A stretch of DNA of 49,130 bases from a virus (lineage: Duplodnaviria; Caudoviricetes): positions 1-49,130 of IMG/VR virus record IMGVR_UViG_3300047409_000236. One strand, written 5' to 3'. The notes under the pieces were generated by a model that had not been told where the DNA came from, did not search any database, and worked only from the letters and a program-made list of their open reading frames with translations. Shown one piece after another: positions 8,445 to 17,818 of the stretch; position 1 is the first letter of the stretch; every line of letters starts with the position of its first letter. The translations under genes and the position numbers were made by a program.

Positions 8445-8950
8445 CGGAGGCAGGCTCCCAGCCCTTGAAGAGGGGACAGGTCGACGCCGAACCCGAACAG
8501 GGCGGACCCGTGGCTCGCGGCTTCCTGCCGGCGGTTCTCCCGCAGCACGCCAAAACGCAGCCGGGCTCGCACGAACAGCACCGAAGTACAGTGCGCAAGC
8601 GCTTCCTGAAAGGTGCGCGTCTCCGTGTGCGCCGGGATCAGCAGCACCACCTTGCGCCTCCAGCCCTCGGCGATGCAGCGGTCCACCCAGCGGCTCCGCG
8701 CCTCGCCGTAGGGTGGGTTGCAGAACACGGTCGGGAAGTCCCATGTCTCCCGGCAGCCGTCGGTCGGCAGCGCGTAGAAGTGCGCCGCCCGCGTCGGGTT
8801 GTCCGGCTCCGTGCAGGGGTCGAGGGCGATGCCGCCCAGCAGCTTCCTGACAGGCTCCAGCACGTAAGGCGGAGTGAGCATCGCCTGCCGGGCGTGGTGC
8901 TCAGGCCGTCGCCGCTTGGCGTTGTCGAAACGGTGGCTGGCATCCGTCAT
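8441..8950 (-). CDS. Phage Dam-like DNA N6-adenine methyltransferase
   Basis: TPP..LDPC, FCNPPY catalytic motif, LLIPAHTET, RLRF. Confidence 0.85.
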   Translation of the reverse strand: MTDASHRFDNAKRRRPEHHARQAMLTPPYVLEPVRKLLGGIALDPCTEPDNPTRAAHFYALPTDGCRETWDFPTVFCNPPYGEARSRWVDRCIAEGWRRKVVLLIPAHTETRTFQEALAHCTSVLFVRARLRFGVLRENRRQEAASHGSALFGFGVDLSPLQGLGACLR

Positions 8951-10134
8951 CCCTTCACGTCGTAGCCGTCCTTGATGACATAGCCCAGCGCCGCGTCGCC
9001 GCGCTCGTGGTGGTCGATCCACCTCAAGAGGTGCCCGCACTTGCCGCACAGGGCATAGAGCCCGTCCTCGTCGGCGGCGACGTGGGCGCACATCCAGTAG
9101 GGCGTGGAGGGAACCCCCTTGCGCCGGCTGTCGACGACGCGCCAGTGGCCGCGCACCTCGTGTCTCCGGTTGTGCCTCCCGGTCGCCTCGTGGAAGTGCT
9201 TGTCGTAGACCGCGACTTCGTGCCCCGGCTTGGCGTCGATGCTGACGTGGACGGTGGAGAGCTTCGGGATGGAGCGCAGCCGGTGCTGGAAGTGGCCGGA
9301 GGCCTCGCGCGGGGCACGCACGGTCGGCACCGTATTGAGGCTGGCGAGGATGGCGGTCCCCCAGCGCAGCGTGCCGGCGTTTTGCTGTGCCGTTGTCTTG
9401 CAGAAGCGCAGCACGGTGCCGGTGTTGGCGGGGTCCTTCAGCATCGCCCTCGTGATCGGCATGAAGAAGCGGTGTTCCGGCAGGGCGATGCCGCGCGCCA
9501 GCAGCTCTTCGTGGATGGCGAACTGGGTGGCGTTGTCTTCCCTGCCGACGTAGCCCCAGCCTGACGCCATCAGGTTCTCCATGGGACTGCCGGGAATGTC
9601 TATCCCGCGTGTCTTTTCATAGTAGGCTTCATCGCCGAAGACGGCGGCGTAGGGCCACACCGGCAGCGAGCCTTCGCTGTCGGAGACATGGGCGATGCTC
9701 CAGACCTTGGGATCGCCCGGCAGCAGCCTCTCGAACAGCAGGCCGGCGCGGCCATAGTCGGTGTCCGGGTCGTGGCCGTAATCGCCGCCGGCTGCCTTGG
9801 CGGCCTCGCAGACGGCACGGATGCGGACGTTGTCGTCCCACTCGACGAACATCTTCTCGAACGGCAGCAGGGCGAGGCCGGCCATCGCCAGCATCTCCGG
9901 CGGCTGGCCGATCGTCTTCTTGGCGATCTCGTGCATGAAGGCGTCGTCGAGCACGACGCGTTCGGCTTTCCGCATTGCCATCCGGAAGTCGAGCTTCTGG
10001 TGCGCCTGCCACTCGTGGCTCTTGGCGTCGTTGCCGTAGATGAGGCGGTGGCCGGGGAAGGCGTTCTCGTAGATGGGCCTTGTGTCGTAGGTCCAAGCGT
10101 GCAGCCAGTCGGCGAGGGTGTCGGTCTTCTTCAC
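8947..10134 (-). CDS. Hypothetical protein with C-terminal RRHEVRGHWR...WIDHHERG motif and Cys cluster
   Basis: 395-aa ORF with GTG start and RBS; overlaps the next gene by 4 bp. Confidence 0.75.
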   Translation of the reverse strand: MKKTDTLADWLHAWTYDTRPIYENAFPGHRLIYGNDAKSHEWQAHQKLDFRMAMRKAERVVLDDAFMHEIAKKTIGQPPEMLAMAGLALLPFEKMFVEWDDNVRIRAVCEAAKAAGGDYGHDPDTDYGRAGLLFERLLPGDPKVWSIAHVSDSEGSLPVWPYAAVFGDEAYYEKTRGIDIPGSPMENLMASGWGYVGREDNATQFAIHEELLARGIALPEHRFFMPITRAMLKDPANTGTVLRFCKTTAQQNAGTLRWGTAILASLNTVPTVRAPREASGHFQHRLRSIPKLSTVHVSIDAKPGHEVAVYDKHFHEATGRHNRRHEVRGHWRVVDSRRKGVPSTPYWMCAHVAADEDGLYALCGKCGHLLRWIDHHERGDAALGYVIKDGYDVKG

Positions 10135-10160
10135 GGGGAAAGCTCCTTTGGTCGGGAAGT

Positions 10161-10252
10161 CTTGTATCCCAAGGGATAGGTGCTTTTGTCAACTTAAAAA
10201 TGCGAAATTTTTTGTCGGGGTGGTTGCGTTGGCGCAAAAGCACAAGTATAGA
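10161..10252. promoter_or_regulatory. Divergent promoter/operator region
   Basis: AT-rich strand switch. Plus strand TTGCGT-17-TATAGA at 10224-10252; minus strand TTGACA at 10192-10187; palindrome TATCCC-AA-GGGATA at 10165-10178. Confidence 0.65.
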
Positions 10253-10276
10253 GAATGCGGAAATCACGGAGCACCT

Positions 10277-10474
10277 ATGACCATTCTCGATCCCAACTCC
10301 CGCCTCGGCCGTAGCATCCGCAGCGGCAAGCTCAGGGCCGTCCGCGTCCAGAAGAAAGCCGGCGAGGACATCGCTGGCGCTTTCGTCCGGGGCATGTACG
10401 AACGCGATCCCGCCGGCATGAAAGCTTTCGAGGATCGCATCGACGCGATCATCAACGGCAAGGGGAGGCGCTGA
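10277..10474 (+). CDS. Small basic hypothetical protein
   Basis: ATG 10277 with GGAG RBS; first gene of the rightward arm. Confidence 0.65.
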   Translation: MTILDPNSRLGRSIRSGKLRAVRVQKKAGEDIAGAFVRGMYERDPAGMKAFEDRIDAIINGKGRR

Positions 10475-10475
10475 C

Positions 10476-10745
10476 ATGCCGGGCCGCTACACCCACGTCA
10501 AACCCCGCAACGAGCGGCATTATCCCGTCTACAAGTACCGGGAGATGCTCGCGGCGATAGGCTCCAACGCCACCATTCAGGACGTCATCAGGAGCTACGG
10601 CTACGAACAACCCACGCTGGGGGTCATCCAAGGCTGGCGCCGGCGCAACTCCATCCCGTCGACGTGGCTGCCGATCCTGATGCACTGGCTCGGCAAGCGC
10701 GGGCTTCTCGACACGCCGGACCAGCTGCTCAAAGAGCCATTCTAG
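10476..10745 (+). CDS. Cro/CI-like HTH DNA-binding protein
   Basis: VIQGWRRRNSIPSTW resembles the Cro-like 'WxxRxSIP' signature; located next to the divergent promoter. Confidence 0.55.
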   Translation: MPGRYTHVKPRNERHYPVYKYREMLAAIGSNATIQDVIRSYGYEQPTLGVIQGWRRRNSIPSTWLPILMHWLGKRGLLDTPDQLLKEPF

Positions 10746-10755
10746 GAGACACCAA

Positions 10756-10950
10756 ATGGGCATGACCATGAAGCTTAAAGACCTGCGTGGCGCGCACGAC
10801 CAGACCATGCGCTGCGGCATCGTCACGGCGCTCTTCGGCACCGAGTATCGCGACGGCAAGTCGCCGACCGAGCAGTTCCTTGAATGGATGATCACCGAGG
10901 TGGAGATGCGCGAGCGCAGCAACCTCATGGACATGCTGACCGGGGACTGA
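10756..10950 (+). CDS. Hypothetical protein
   Basis: RBS AGGAG; operon packing. Confidence 0.65.
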   Translation: MGMTMKLKDLRGAHDQTMRCGIVTALFGTEYRDGKSPTEQFLEWMITEVEMRERSNLMDMLTGD

Positions 10951-10955
10951 GGACC

Positions 10956-11153
10956 ATGATCATCGCCGTCCTCGCCGTCTTCCTCTGCGTCTTTTGTATC
11001 TTCGCCGGAGCCTTCGGCGCGGGAGCGGTACTGAGCTTCCTGTTTTACGTCACCGTCTTCGTCGTCGTCTCCGTCATCTGGTGGCCGTGGCCCCCGGCAA
11101 TCTTCGTTGCGGCGGGGATGCTGTGGCTCGGCTGGGAAAAGGTGCGTCAGTGA
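10956..11153 (+). CDS. Small multi-pass membrane protein
   Basis: 65 aa, almost entirely hydrophobic. Confidence 0.65.
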   Translation: MIIAVLAVFLCVFCIFAGAFGAGAVLSFLFYVTVFVVVSVIWWPWPPAIFVAAGMLWLGWEKVRQ

Positions 11154-11605
11154 TGTCAGTGATCGGCATAGACCCCGGCTCCGTCTCGGCTGCCTATGGC
11201 GTGCTCGACATCGCCGGCAGGGTGGTTGACGTGGGCGATGTCCCTGTCGTCGACAGGATGGTCGACGCCGCCGCGTTCTCCCGCCTGCTGGAGGGGTTCG
11301 GTCACCTCGATGACGCCGTCATCGAGCAGGTCTCTGCCATGCCGAAGCAGGGGGTCTCCTCCTCGTTCCGGTTTGGCATGGGCTGCGGGATGCTGCGTGG
11401 CGTGCTTGCGGCCCGTGGCATCCCGCTGGTGCAGGTGACGCCCACCCAGTGGAAGAAGCATTTCGCCCTCAACAACGACGGCGAGAAGTCGCGGGCTCTG
11501 GCGCTCAGGCGCTGGCCCTCGTGCAGGGCGCTCTCAAGGAAGAAGGACCACGGGCGGGCGGAGGCACTGCTGCTGGCGCTGTGGCATCTGGAGACACGCA
11601 AATGA
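11153..11605 (+). CDS. RuvC-like Holliday junction resolvase
   Basis: VIGIDPG, VIEQV, SSFRFG, VTPTQWKK, DHGRAEALLLA. Confidence 0.88.
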   Translation: MSVIGIDPGSVSAAYGVLDIAGRVVDVGDVPVVDRMVDAAAFSRLLEGFGHLDDAVIEQVSAMPKQGVSSSFRFGMGCGMLRGVLAARGIPLVQVTPTQWKKHFALNNDGEKSRALALRRWPSCRALSRKKDHGRAEALLLALWHLETRK

Positions 11606-11919
11606 CGATGATGAAGAAGCGCAAGGCCCATCTGGAGCCTGACGAGGTCCTGCGGGTGGCGGTCGCCGCCATTCTCAACGGTGTCGACCACGCGACGATT
11701 GCCGAGGTCCTTGGCATCGCCAACCCCGGCCGCATCACTGAGGCGGTGCTGGTGATGGAGTGGGCGGCCGAAAACCACAAGATGCTCTACCGCTACCTCA
11801 AGGCGCGTCGCCGCAAGCAGCGGCAGGAGCGGAACGGCGAGGCAAAGCCGGAGCCGGAGCCGGAGCCCGCCAACCCGCTGCTCGACCAAGAGATGAAGCT
11901 GCTGGGGACGTCGCACTGA
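11602..11919 (+). CDS. Putative HTH protein
   Basis: GVDHATIAEVLGIANPGRITEAV; ATGA overlap with ruvC. Confidence 0.55.
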   Translation: MTMMKKRKAHLEPDEVLRVAVAAILNGVDHATIAEVLGIANPGRITEAVLVMEWAAENHKMLYRYLKARRRKQRQERNGEAKPEPEPEPANPLLDQEMKLLGTSH

Positions 11920-12158
11920 TGAAACGCTGGGACTGGAGCATCGACTACCGCCCGCTAAACCGCGAGCCCAACGAGGACCCGGCCGACTGGGAGTGCAGCC
12001 TGCGGCTCATGGACGACGAGAAGATCGTGAAGGTCGTCTACGTCGTCTTCACCGGCACCATCGACGATGCCGATATCGTCACCCCGGACCCTGAGTTGGA
12101 GGTCATAACCCGCATGAAGGCGATGGCGAACGGACTGAACCAGATGGAAAACGACTGA
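11919..12158 (+). CDS. Hypothetical acidic protein
   Basis: MKRWDWSIDY...; TGATG coupling at both ends. Confidence 0.65.
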   Translation: MKRWDWSIDYRPLNREPNEDPADWECSLRLMDDEKIVKVVYVVFTGTIDDADIVTPDPELEVITRMKAMANGLNQMEND

Positions 12159-13504
12159 TGGACTTGTTCCCTTATCAGAGAGACACCGTCGCTGCCGTGG
12201 TGGCGCGGGCCAAGGTCGGTGAGCCGACCTACATCGGCCACGAGATGGGCTTGGGCAAGACCCCCATCGCGATCGCCGTGGCGAAGGAGCGGAAGGCCAA
12301 GCGCGTCGGCGTCTTCTGCCCGCCGGTCGCCAAGCTGACATGGGAAAAAGAACTTCGCCGCTGGTGGCCGGGCGTGCCGGTCGTCACCGTCGAGAAGTGG
12401 AGCGACATCCTCAAGCTCAAGGACGACGGCGTCTTCATCGTCGCCTACAGCCTGCTGTCGGGCTCGAAGTCCGGCGGCTACGACTACACCACCAGCCTGC
12501 AGAACACGCTCAAGGCGCTGCCGTTTGACATGAGCGTGCTCGACGAGGCGCACGCGCTCAAGAACTCTTCCGCGATCCGCACCAAGGCGGTCCTGAAGAC
12601 GCTCAGGCCCTATCTCGGCCTGTGTCTCCCGATGAGCGGCACGCCGGCTCCCAACCATCAGGGCGAGCTGTTCCCGATCCTGCACGCGATCTTCCCCAAG
12701 GCGATCGAGGGCGCCTTCGGCAAGACGATGAAGCAGTACGAGTTCGAGAACGTCTACTGCCGCGTCGTCAACAAGCGCTTCAACGGGCGCATGGTCCGCG
12801 TCATCGAGGGCTCGCAGAACATCGAGACGCTGCGCGGCAAGCTCGCCGGCTTCATGGTCCGCAAGACCAAGCGCGCCGTGCTTCCGGACCTGCCGGACAT
12901 GGCGTTCGACATCTACCCTGTCTCCGCCCCGAATGCGCCGCCGTGGCGTGGCGCCCACGACTGGCAGGACATGAACGAAGACGAGTTCGTCGATGCGTTC
13001 GAGGACATGCACGTCGCCACGATGCGGCAGCAGCTTGGGGTATCCAAAGTCCCCGGCGCGGTCGAGGCGATCAGCGAGTACCTCGAAGGGTGCCGGCGCA
13101 AGGTGGTTGTGTTCGCGCATCACACCGAGGTGATCAGGGGACTGGTGGACGGGCTGGTCCACTACGGTCCGGTGCTGATCGACGGCTCTGTCTCCAAGGC
13201 CGGCCGCGAGATCGCTGTCTCCCGCTTCCTCGACGACCCGAAGTGCCGGGTGTTCATCGGCCAGACCGTCGCCGCCGGCACGTCGATCACGCTGGTGGGA
13301 CCCAACAACGACGTCTCCGACGTCTTCTTCGTGGAGAGCGACTTCAACCCCGGCAACAACGTGCAGGCTGCCTCGCGCATCCATCGCATCGGCCAGAAGA
13401 ACGCCGTCCAAGTGTGGTTCCTGACCGCGCACGGTACCTACGACGAGAGAATACAGGACATCACCAGCCGCAAGGCGCATGACTTCCGAGAGTTGTTCGG
13501 ATGA
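12158..13504 (+). CDS. SNF2-family (DEAH) helicase
   Basis: EMGLGKT, LDEAH, SGTP, QAASRIHRIGQ. Confidence 0.92.
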   Translation: MDLFPYQRDTVAAVVARAKVGEPTYIGHEMGLGKTPIAIAVAKERKAKRVGVFCPPVAKLTWEKELRRWWPGVPVVTVEKWSDILKLKDDGVFIVAYSLLSGSKSGGYDYTTSLQNTLKALPFDMSVLDEAHALKNSSAIRTKAVLKTLRPYLGLCLPMSGTPAPNHQGELFPILHAIFPKAIEGAFGKTMKQYEFENVYCRVVNKRFNGRMVRVIEGSQNIETLRGKLAGFMVRKTKRAVLPDLPDMAFDIYPVSAPNAPPWRGAHDWQDMNEDEFVDAFEDMHVATMRQQLGVSKVPGAVEAISEYLEGCRRKVVVFAHHTEVIRGLVDGLVHYGPVLIDGSVSKAGREIAVSRFLDDPKCRVFIGQTVAAGTSITLVGPNNDVSDVFFVESDFNPGNNVQAASRIHRIGQKNAVQVWFLTAHGTYDERIQDITSRKAHDFRELFG

Positions 13505-14055
13505 CCCGGCCGGAACCGCTCATGTTGCCTCGAACCATAGTCGCTGATCCGCCGTGGTGGCCCTCGCTGCACAAGAACACGGTAGGGCGTAGCGCGGGAC
13601 CGTATCGAGCCGGGCCGCAACGCTATTACTCGTTAATGGAGACGACTGAGATTTGCGCTATCAAGCCTGCCAGCGCGCCAAAGGCCCATTTGTGGCTATG
13701 GGTGATCAATCAGCACGTTGATTGGGGCTATCAGGTCGCCCGTGCGTGGGGCTTTGAGCCTCAGCAGATGGTTACTTGGTGCAAGCCCGGATTTGGCACC
13801 GGGCAGTTTCAATCTAACTCAGAGGCCGTTCTGGTCTGTCGCAAGGGTGGCCCGGTCAAGAATGCCTTTGGCAAAACTTCGGGCACTTGGTTTGAATGGC
13901 CTCGCGGCCGTCACTCGCAAAAGCCGTCTGAATTTTTCGACCTAGTAGAGCGCGTTAGCCCCGGCCCTTATCTTGAGCTGTTCGCGCGCGAAACGCGGAT
14001 CGGGTGGTCAAGCTGGGGAAATGAAGTCCCTCAATTCGCAATGGCAGCCGAATGA
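13501..14055 (+). CDS. MT-A70 family N6-adenine methyltransferase
   Basis: IVADPPW, HLWLW, WGF..TWCK, HSQKP, YLELFAR..WGNE. Confidence 0.9.
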   Translation: MTRPEPLMLPRTIVADPPWWPSLHKNTVGRSAGPYRAGPQRYYSLMETTEICAIKPASAPKAHLWLWVINQHVDWGYQVARAWGFEPQQMVTWCKPGFGTGQFQSNSEAVLVCRKGGPVKNAFGKTSGTWFEWPRGRHSQKPSEFFDLVERVSPGPYLELFARETRIGWSSWGNEVPQFAMAAE

Positions 14056-14297
14056 ACCGGCCGGAACCGCTCGTGATGATGACCAACCCGCAGTTCTTCC
14101 TGCTCAAATGGCTCTCGCAGCATGACGGCGCCATGGTCACCGAGATGCGCGGCAAGATGCTGGACGCGCTGGTGCTGATGCACCTCGCCCGCGTCGACGG
14201 CAGCAAGGTGTTCATCACCGAGGCAGGCCGCAAGGTGCTGAAGGACGAAACCGACCAACCATCAAGCAAGGAGAAGAACCATGGGCATCAGGATTGA
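14052..14297 (+). CDS. Small winged-helix-like hypothetical protein
   Basis: Ends in a ...VFITEAGRKVL pattern; ATGA overlap. Confidence 0.55.
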   Translation: MNRPEPLVMMTNPQFFLLKWLSQHDGAMVTEMRGKMLDALVLMHLARVDGSKVFITEAGRKVLKDETDQPSSKEKNHGHQD

Positions 14298-14838
14298 AAT
14301 CGAGGGCGCGGACGCCAGCGCCATCCACAAGACGATGCAGGACATGCTGCCGGCGTCCGCCGGCAACAGGTCGCTCGACGACTACACCCTGCAGGAGCTG
14401 ATCGCGCTCGTCGAGAAGCGCGCGGCGAGCGAGGGCTACGACCTCGCCGTCACCCTGCCGGACGAACGCAAGAGCCCGGCCGAGAAGCGCAAGGCCGAGG
14501 CCCGCGCCAAGCTCAGGGGCGACCTTGAGGAGAGCCTCAAGGAGACAGCCGCCAAGGCCAAGGAGCCGGAGCCGGAGCCGGAGCCCGAGCCGGAGAAGCC
14601 GGCCAAGGCCAAGAAGGGGAAGACCGCTGCCCCCGTCAATGGCAACGGCAAGGCCGAGGACCCGGAGGAGCGCAAGCAGCGCGTCATCGACAAGCTCGTC
14701 GGGCTCTTCAACAACGGCCACAAGGCGGAGGTCAACCAGATACTGGCCGACCACGGCAACGGCGCCAAGACCTTCTCGGTCATCCCCGCCGACCAGTTCG
14801 GCCCCATCGAGGAGGCGGTTTCCGCCATCGGAGGCTGA
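14281..14838 (+). CDS. Hypothetical protein of the DUF2800/DUF2815 replication cluster, with PEPEPE linker
   Basis: Strong RBS; charged low-complexity centre; position upstream of DUF2800. Confidence 0.7.
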   Translation: MGIRIEIEGADASAIHKTMQDMLPASAGNRSLDDYTLQELIALVEKRAASEGYDLAVTLPDERKSPAEKRKAEARAKLRGDLEESLKETAAKAKEPEPEPEPEPEKPAKAKKGKTAAPVNGNGKAEDPEERKQRVIDKLVGLFNNGHKAEVNQILADHGNGAKTFSVIPADQFGPIEEAVSAIGG

Positions 14839-14840
14839 AG

Positions 14841-15098
14841 ATGGAAGGCAATGGCTTCAGCAGGTTCTTCTTCAGGCCGGAGGACTTGGCGCTGCCCAAG
14901 GACATGGACCTGACCGTGCCCTCGCTCGACGAGCTGCCGCCGCCGCCGGCATTCCCCGACCCGCTGGCGTCGGACTGGACCGGCGGCTCGTCGGTCGTCG
15001 CCCTCAATACGCGCGTCGAGCAGGCCAAGGCGGCGGCCGACGCGTGGAACGCGGCGAACCCGCTGCCGGTGGACCCGGTGCCGGAGATACCGGAGTGA
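14841..15098 (+). CDS. Hypothetical Pro-rich protein
   Basis: RBS GGAGG; operon packing. Confidence 0.55.
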   Translation: MEGNGFSRFFFRPEDLALPKDMDLTVPSLDELPPPPAFPDPLASDWTGGSSVVALNTRVEQAKAAADAWNAANPLPVDPVPEIPE

Positions 15099-15304
15099 TC
15101 AAGGCTCCTTGGACGGATGAGCAGGTAGCAGCGCTGAACCGCTGGCAGTCGCGCGGCGACGTTCACCCCTTCACCTGCCCGGGTGACGGTCCCGGCTGCG
15201 GCGATCACCGCGAGCTGACCGCTACGGCCAACGGCTGGGTATGCGCCTGCGGGCGCTACCGTCAGGACTGGGCGCACGAGATGATGGTGGAGACAGCAGC
15301 ATGA
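15095..15304 (+). CDS. Small Cys/His (putative Zn-binding) protein
   Basis: GTG start; APWTDEQV..HPFTC..C..GWVCAC..QDWAH. Confidence 0.6.
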   Translation: MIKAPWTDEQVAALNRWQSRGDVHPFTCPGDGPGCGDHRELTATANGWVCACGRYRQDWAHEMMVETAA

Positions 15305-16467
15305 ACGTCACGGGCGCACTTGTGAACAAAAGCCATGCCGACTGCTCACCATCAGCTTCATCGATATGGTTGGCGTGCCCGGCCTCGGTGACCAAGGCCC
15401 GTGGCCGTTCCCGAAAAGCCACCGTCTACACCCGCGAGGGGACCGCCGCGCACAGCGTCGCCGAGATGGTCCTCAAGGGGCAGGCCGGCGCGCTGCCGGA
15501 GACCGTCAGGGTCGACGACGAGGTCATCCCCGTCACCGAGGAGATGCTCGACGGCGTCGAGACCTACGCGGACATCATCAGGGAAGCCGGACGCTTTGGT
15601 GACCTCTCCATCGAGAAGCGTGTCTCCGTCGACGTCGGCGGCGAACCCCTGTGGGGCACCAGCGACGCTTTTGTCGTCTTCCCGCAGGTCGGCCACGTTG
15701 ATGTCTTCGACCTGAAGTACGGTGCCGGCGTCGCCGTCGAGGCCGCCTCCAGCCAGATGAAAATCTATGGCCTCGGCGTGATGGAGGCCGTCGCGCCGTT
15801 CCACGAGATCGGCACCATCGGTCTCAACGTCATCCAGCCACGAATGCCGGACCCGGTGCGAAGGGTGGTGCTCCCGGCCGGGGAGCTGCTTCGCTGGAAG
15901 GAGGGGACCCTTGTCCCGGCGGTCCGCAGGATCGAGGACGGAGACACGACGGAGACAGCCGGAGACCATTGCCGCTGGTGCGTCAGGGCAGCCGAATGCA
16001 AGGGCCTTGCCGCGTTCGTCCAAGACAAGGCCAAGGTCACCTTCGGCGGCGGGCCGCCGGAAGCAACCGCGCTTACCGATGGCGAGCTTGGCTTCATCCT
16101 CGACAACGCCGAGGTGATCGCCGCGTGGATCGCCAAGGTCAGGGCCGAGGCCTCCGACCGCGTCGACAAGGGCGGCACGATCCCCGGCTGGAAGCTGGTG
16201 CCGAGGCGGGCGCAGCGCAAATGGGCCGACGCGGGGGCCGCGCGCGACGCCATCACCGACCTCGTCGGCAGGGGCGTGCCGGTGCTCGACATCGTCCGCA
16301 TCGAGACCATCACGACGGTCGAGAAGGTGCTCAAGCGCCTGAGGCTGAAGGTCACCCTCGACCCTTTTACGGTCAAGGAAAGCTCTGGCAACACGCTCGT
16401 CAGCGAAAAAGACGGGCGCGAGGCCATTGACACGTCAGCGCGGGGCGTGTTTAGTAACCCTATGTGA
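15301..16467 (+). CDS. DUF2800 Cas4-like PD-(D/E)XK exonuclease
   Basis: SPSASSIWLACPAS, EGTAAH, WGTSD, DLKYG, HCRWC..C, GWKLV. Confidence 0.87.
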   Translation: MNVTGALVNKSHADCSPSASSIWLACPASVTKARGRSRKATVYTREGTAAHSVAEMVLKGQAGALPETVRVDDEVIPVTEEMLDGVETYADIIREAGRFGDLSIEKRVSVDVGGEPLWGTSDAFVVFPQVGHVDVFDLKYGAGVAVEAASSQMKIYGLGVMEAVAPFHEIGTIGLNVIQPRMPDPVRRVVLPAGELLRWKEGTLVPAVRRIEDGDTTETAGDHCRWCVRAAECKGLAAFVQDKAKVTFGGGPPEATALTDGELGFILDNAEVIAAWIAKVRAEASDRVDKGGTIPGWKLVPRRAQRKWADAGAARDAITDLVGRGVPVLDIVRIETITTVEKVLKRLRLKVTLDPFTVKESSGNTLVSEKDGREAIDTSARGVFSNPM

Positions 16468-16545
16468 TTTTGTCACAGGGTAAAAAAAGCCCTGTGTGCA
16501 AAAGGCATACGGCAACGTCAGCAACGTCAGAATGGAGAAACGCAC

Positions 16546-17091
16546 ATGCCTGCTTTGATCACCCCTTACGCCACCCTTTCCTTCCCGACCCTGTTCGTCC
16601 CGAAGCCGCGCGCCGAGGGCGGCGAGGCGGTTTACTCGGCGGCATTGTTGTTCGATGTGCCCGCCCAAAAGACCAAGGAATACAAGGCGATGCAAAACGC
16701 CTGCATCGATGCCGCCCGCGAGAAGTGGGGCGCCAACGTCAATCTTTCACAAGTGCATATGCCGTTCCGCGACGCGTCGGAGAAGTCCGACAAGTATCAA
16801 GGCTACGAAGACGGCATGACCTTCATCAATCCGTGGTCGAAGAACAAGCCGGGCATCGTCGACGCCCGCCTGCAGGACGTGCTCCTGCCGGAGCAGGTCT
16901 TTGCCGGCCAGATCGTGCGCGCCCAGATCGCGCCGTTCGCTTGGACGAACTCCGGCAAGAAGGGTGTGTCGTTCGGGCTCAACCACATCCAGATCGTCAA
17001 GCACGACGCGCCCCGCATCGACGGCCGCGTTTCCGCCAACAAGGCCTTCAACGCCATCGAGGTCGAGGAAGACGAGACAATCCCGTTTTAG
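16546..17091 (+). CDS. DUF2815 (T7 gp2.5-like) ssDNA-binding protein
   Basis: LSFPTLF..YS, PFRD, GKKGVSFGLNHIQ; acidic tail EEDETIPF. Confidence 0.88.
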   Translation: MPALITPYATLSFPTLFVPKPRAEGGEAVYSAALLFDVPAQKTKEYKAMQNACIDAAREKWGANVNLSQVHMPFRDASEKSDKYQGYEDGMTFINPWSKNKPGIVDARLQDVLLPEQVFAGQIVRAQIAPFAWTNSGKKGVSFGLNHIQIVKHDAPRIDGRVSANKAFNAIEVEEDETIPF

Positions 17092-17190
17092 GGCTTCCCC
17101 TCCAAGGCCCTCCAAAGAGGGGGAGGGACCGGCCGGGGGGCTCAGGTGACTGCGTACTTCCCGGTCGGCACCCGCTTTCAGGAGACACAC

Positions 17191-17454
17191 ATGAGCGTGC
17201 TGGATGAAGCCATCCTGATGAAGAGATCGCCGGCAAGGCGCTGCCTGACCGTCGACACACCGATCCCCACAGAACGCCGCCCGTACATTCGAGCATTCCT
17301 CAAACGGCAGGTCCAGTTCCACGACTGGCACATGGGCCTGCTGGAGCCGCGCAATGTCCATAACCGCGAGTTGCTGCGCTTCGCCATCGAGAAGGGCTTT
17401 GTCGCGCAGGTTGAGGACCTGCTGACCTGCCCTCTCGACGAACTCAAACGCTAA
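17191..17454 (+). CDS. Hypothetical protein
   Basis: RBS AGGAGACAC before ATG 17191. Confidence 0.6.
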   Translation: MSVLDEAILMKRSPARRCLTVDTPIPTERRPYIRAFLKRQVQFHDWHMGLLEPRNVHNRELLRFAIEKGFVAQVEDLLTCPLDELKR

Positions 17455-17476
17455 CCACGTCAAGGAGACACACCCG

Positions 17477-17818
17477 ATGACCGAAAATTCCGACGACGCG
17501 GTCGACAAGATGATCGCCGAGCTGCGCACCCCTCTTGCCCCCTCCCGTTCGTCCCCGTCGCTGCTCAAGCCGCTGCGCACGTCGCTGGCGGAGAAGCCGG
17601 CGGAGGAGACCTCGCTGCCGGAACAGCTTGCCCGGCTGGAGCAGGCGAGCGCCAACTTCCGCGAGGCCGTGCATCGCAAGGCCGTCGAGATCAGGAACGG
17701 GCACGAGCAGCGTCTTGTCGAGCTGCGCATCGCCCACGAGCGCGCCGTCGCCGAGGCCGGGCGCGAGACGCGCGACAAGCTCGCCGTGCTTGAGCACATG
17801 CTGACGGGGAAGGTGTGA
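17477..17818 (+). CDS. Hypothetical coiled-coil protein
   Basis: RBS AAGGAG; helical charged C-terminal half. Confidence 0.65.
   Translation: MTENSDDAVDKMIAELRTPLAPSRSSPSLLKPLRTSLAEKPAEETSLPEQLARLEQASANFREAVHRKAVEIRNGHEQRLVELRIAHERAVAEAGRETRDKLAVLEHMLTGKV

Noticed and set aside
15301-16467. CRISPR-associated Cas4
   Set aside because: It is a standard DUF2800 nuclease in the DUF2800-DUF2815-PolA-SNF2 phage replication set, and no other cas genes are present.
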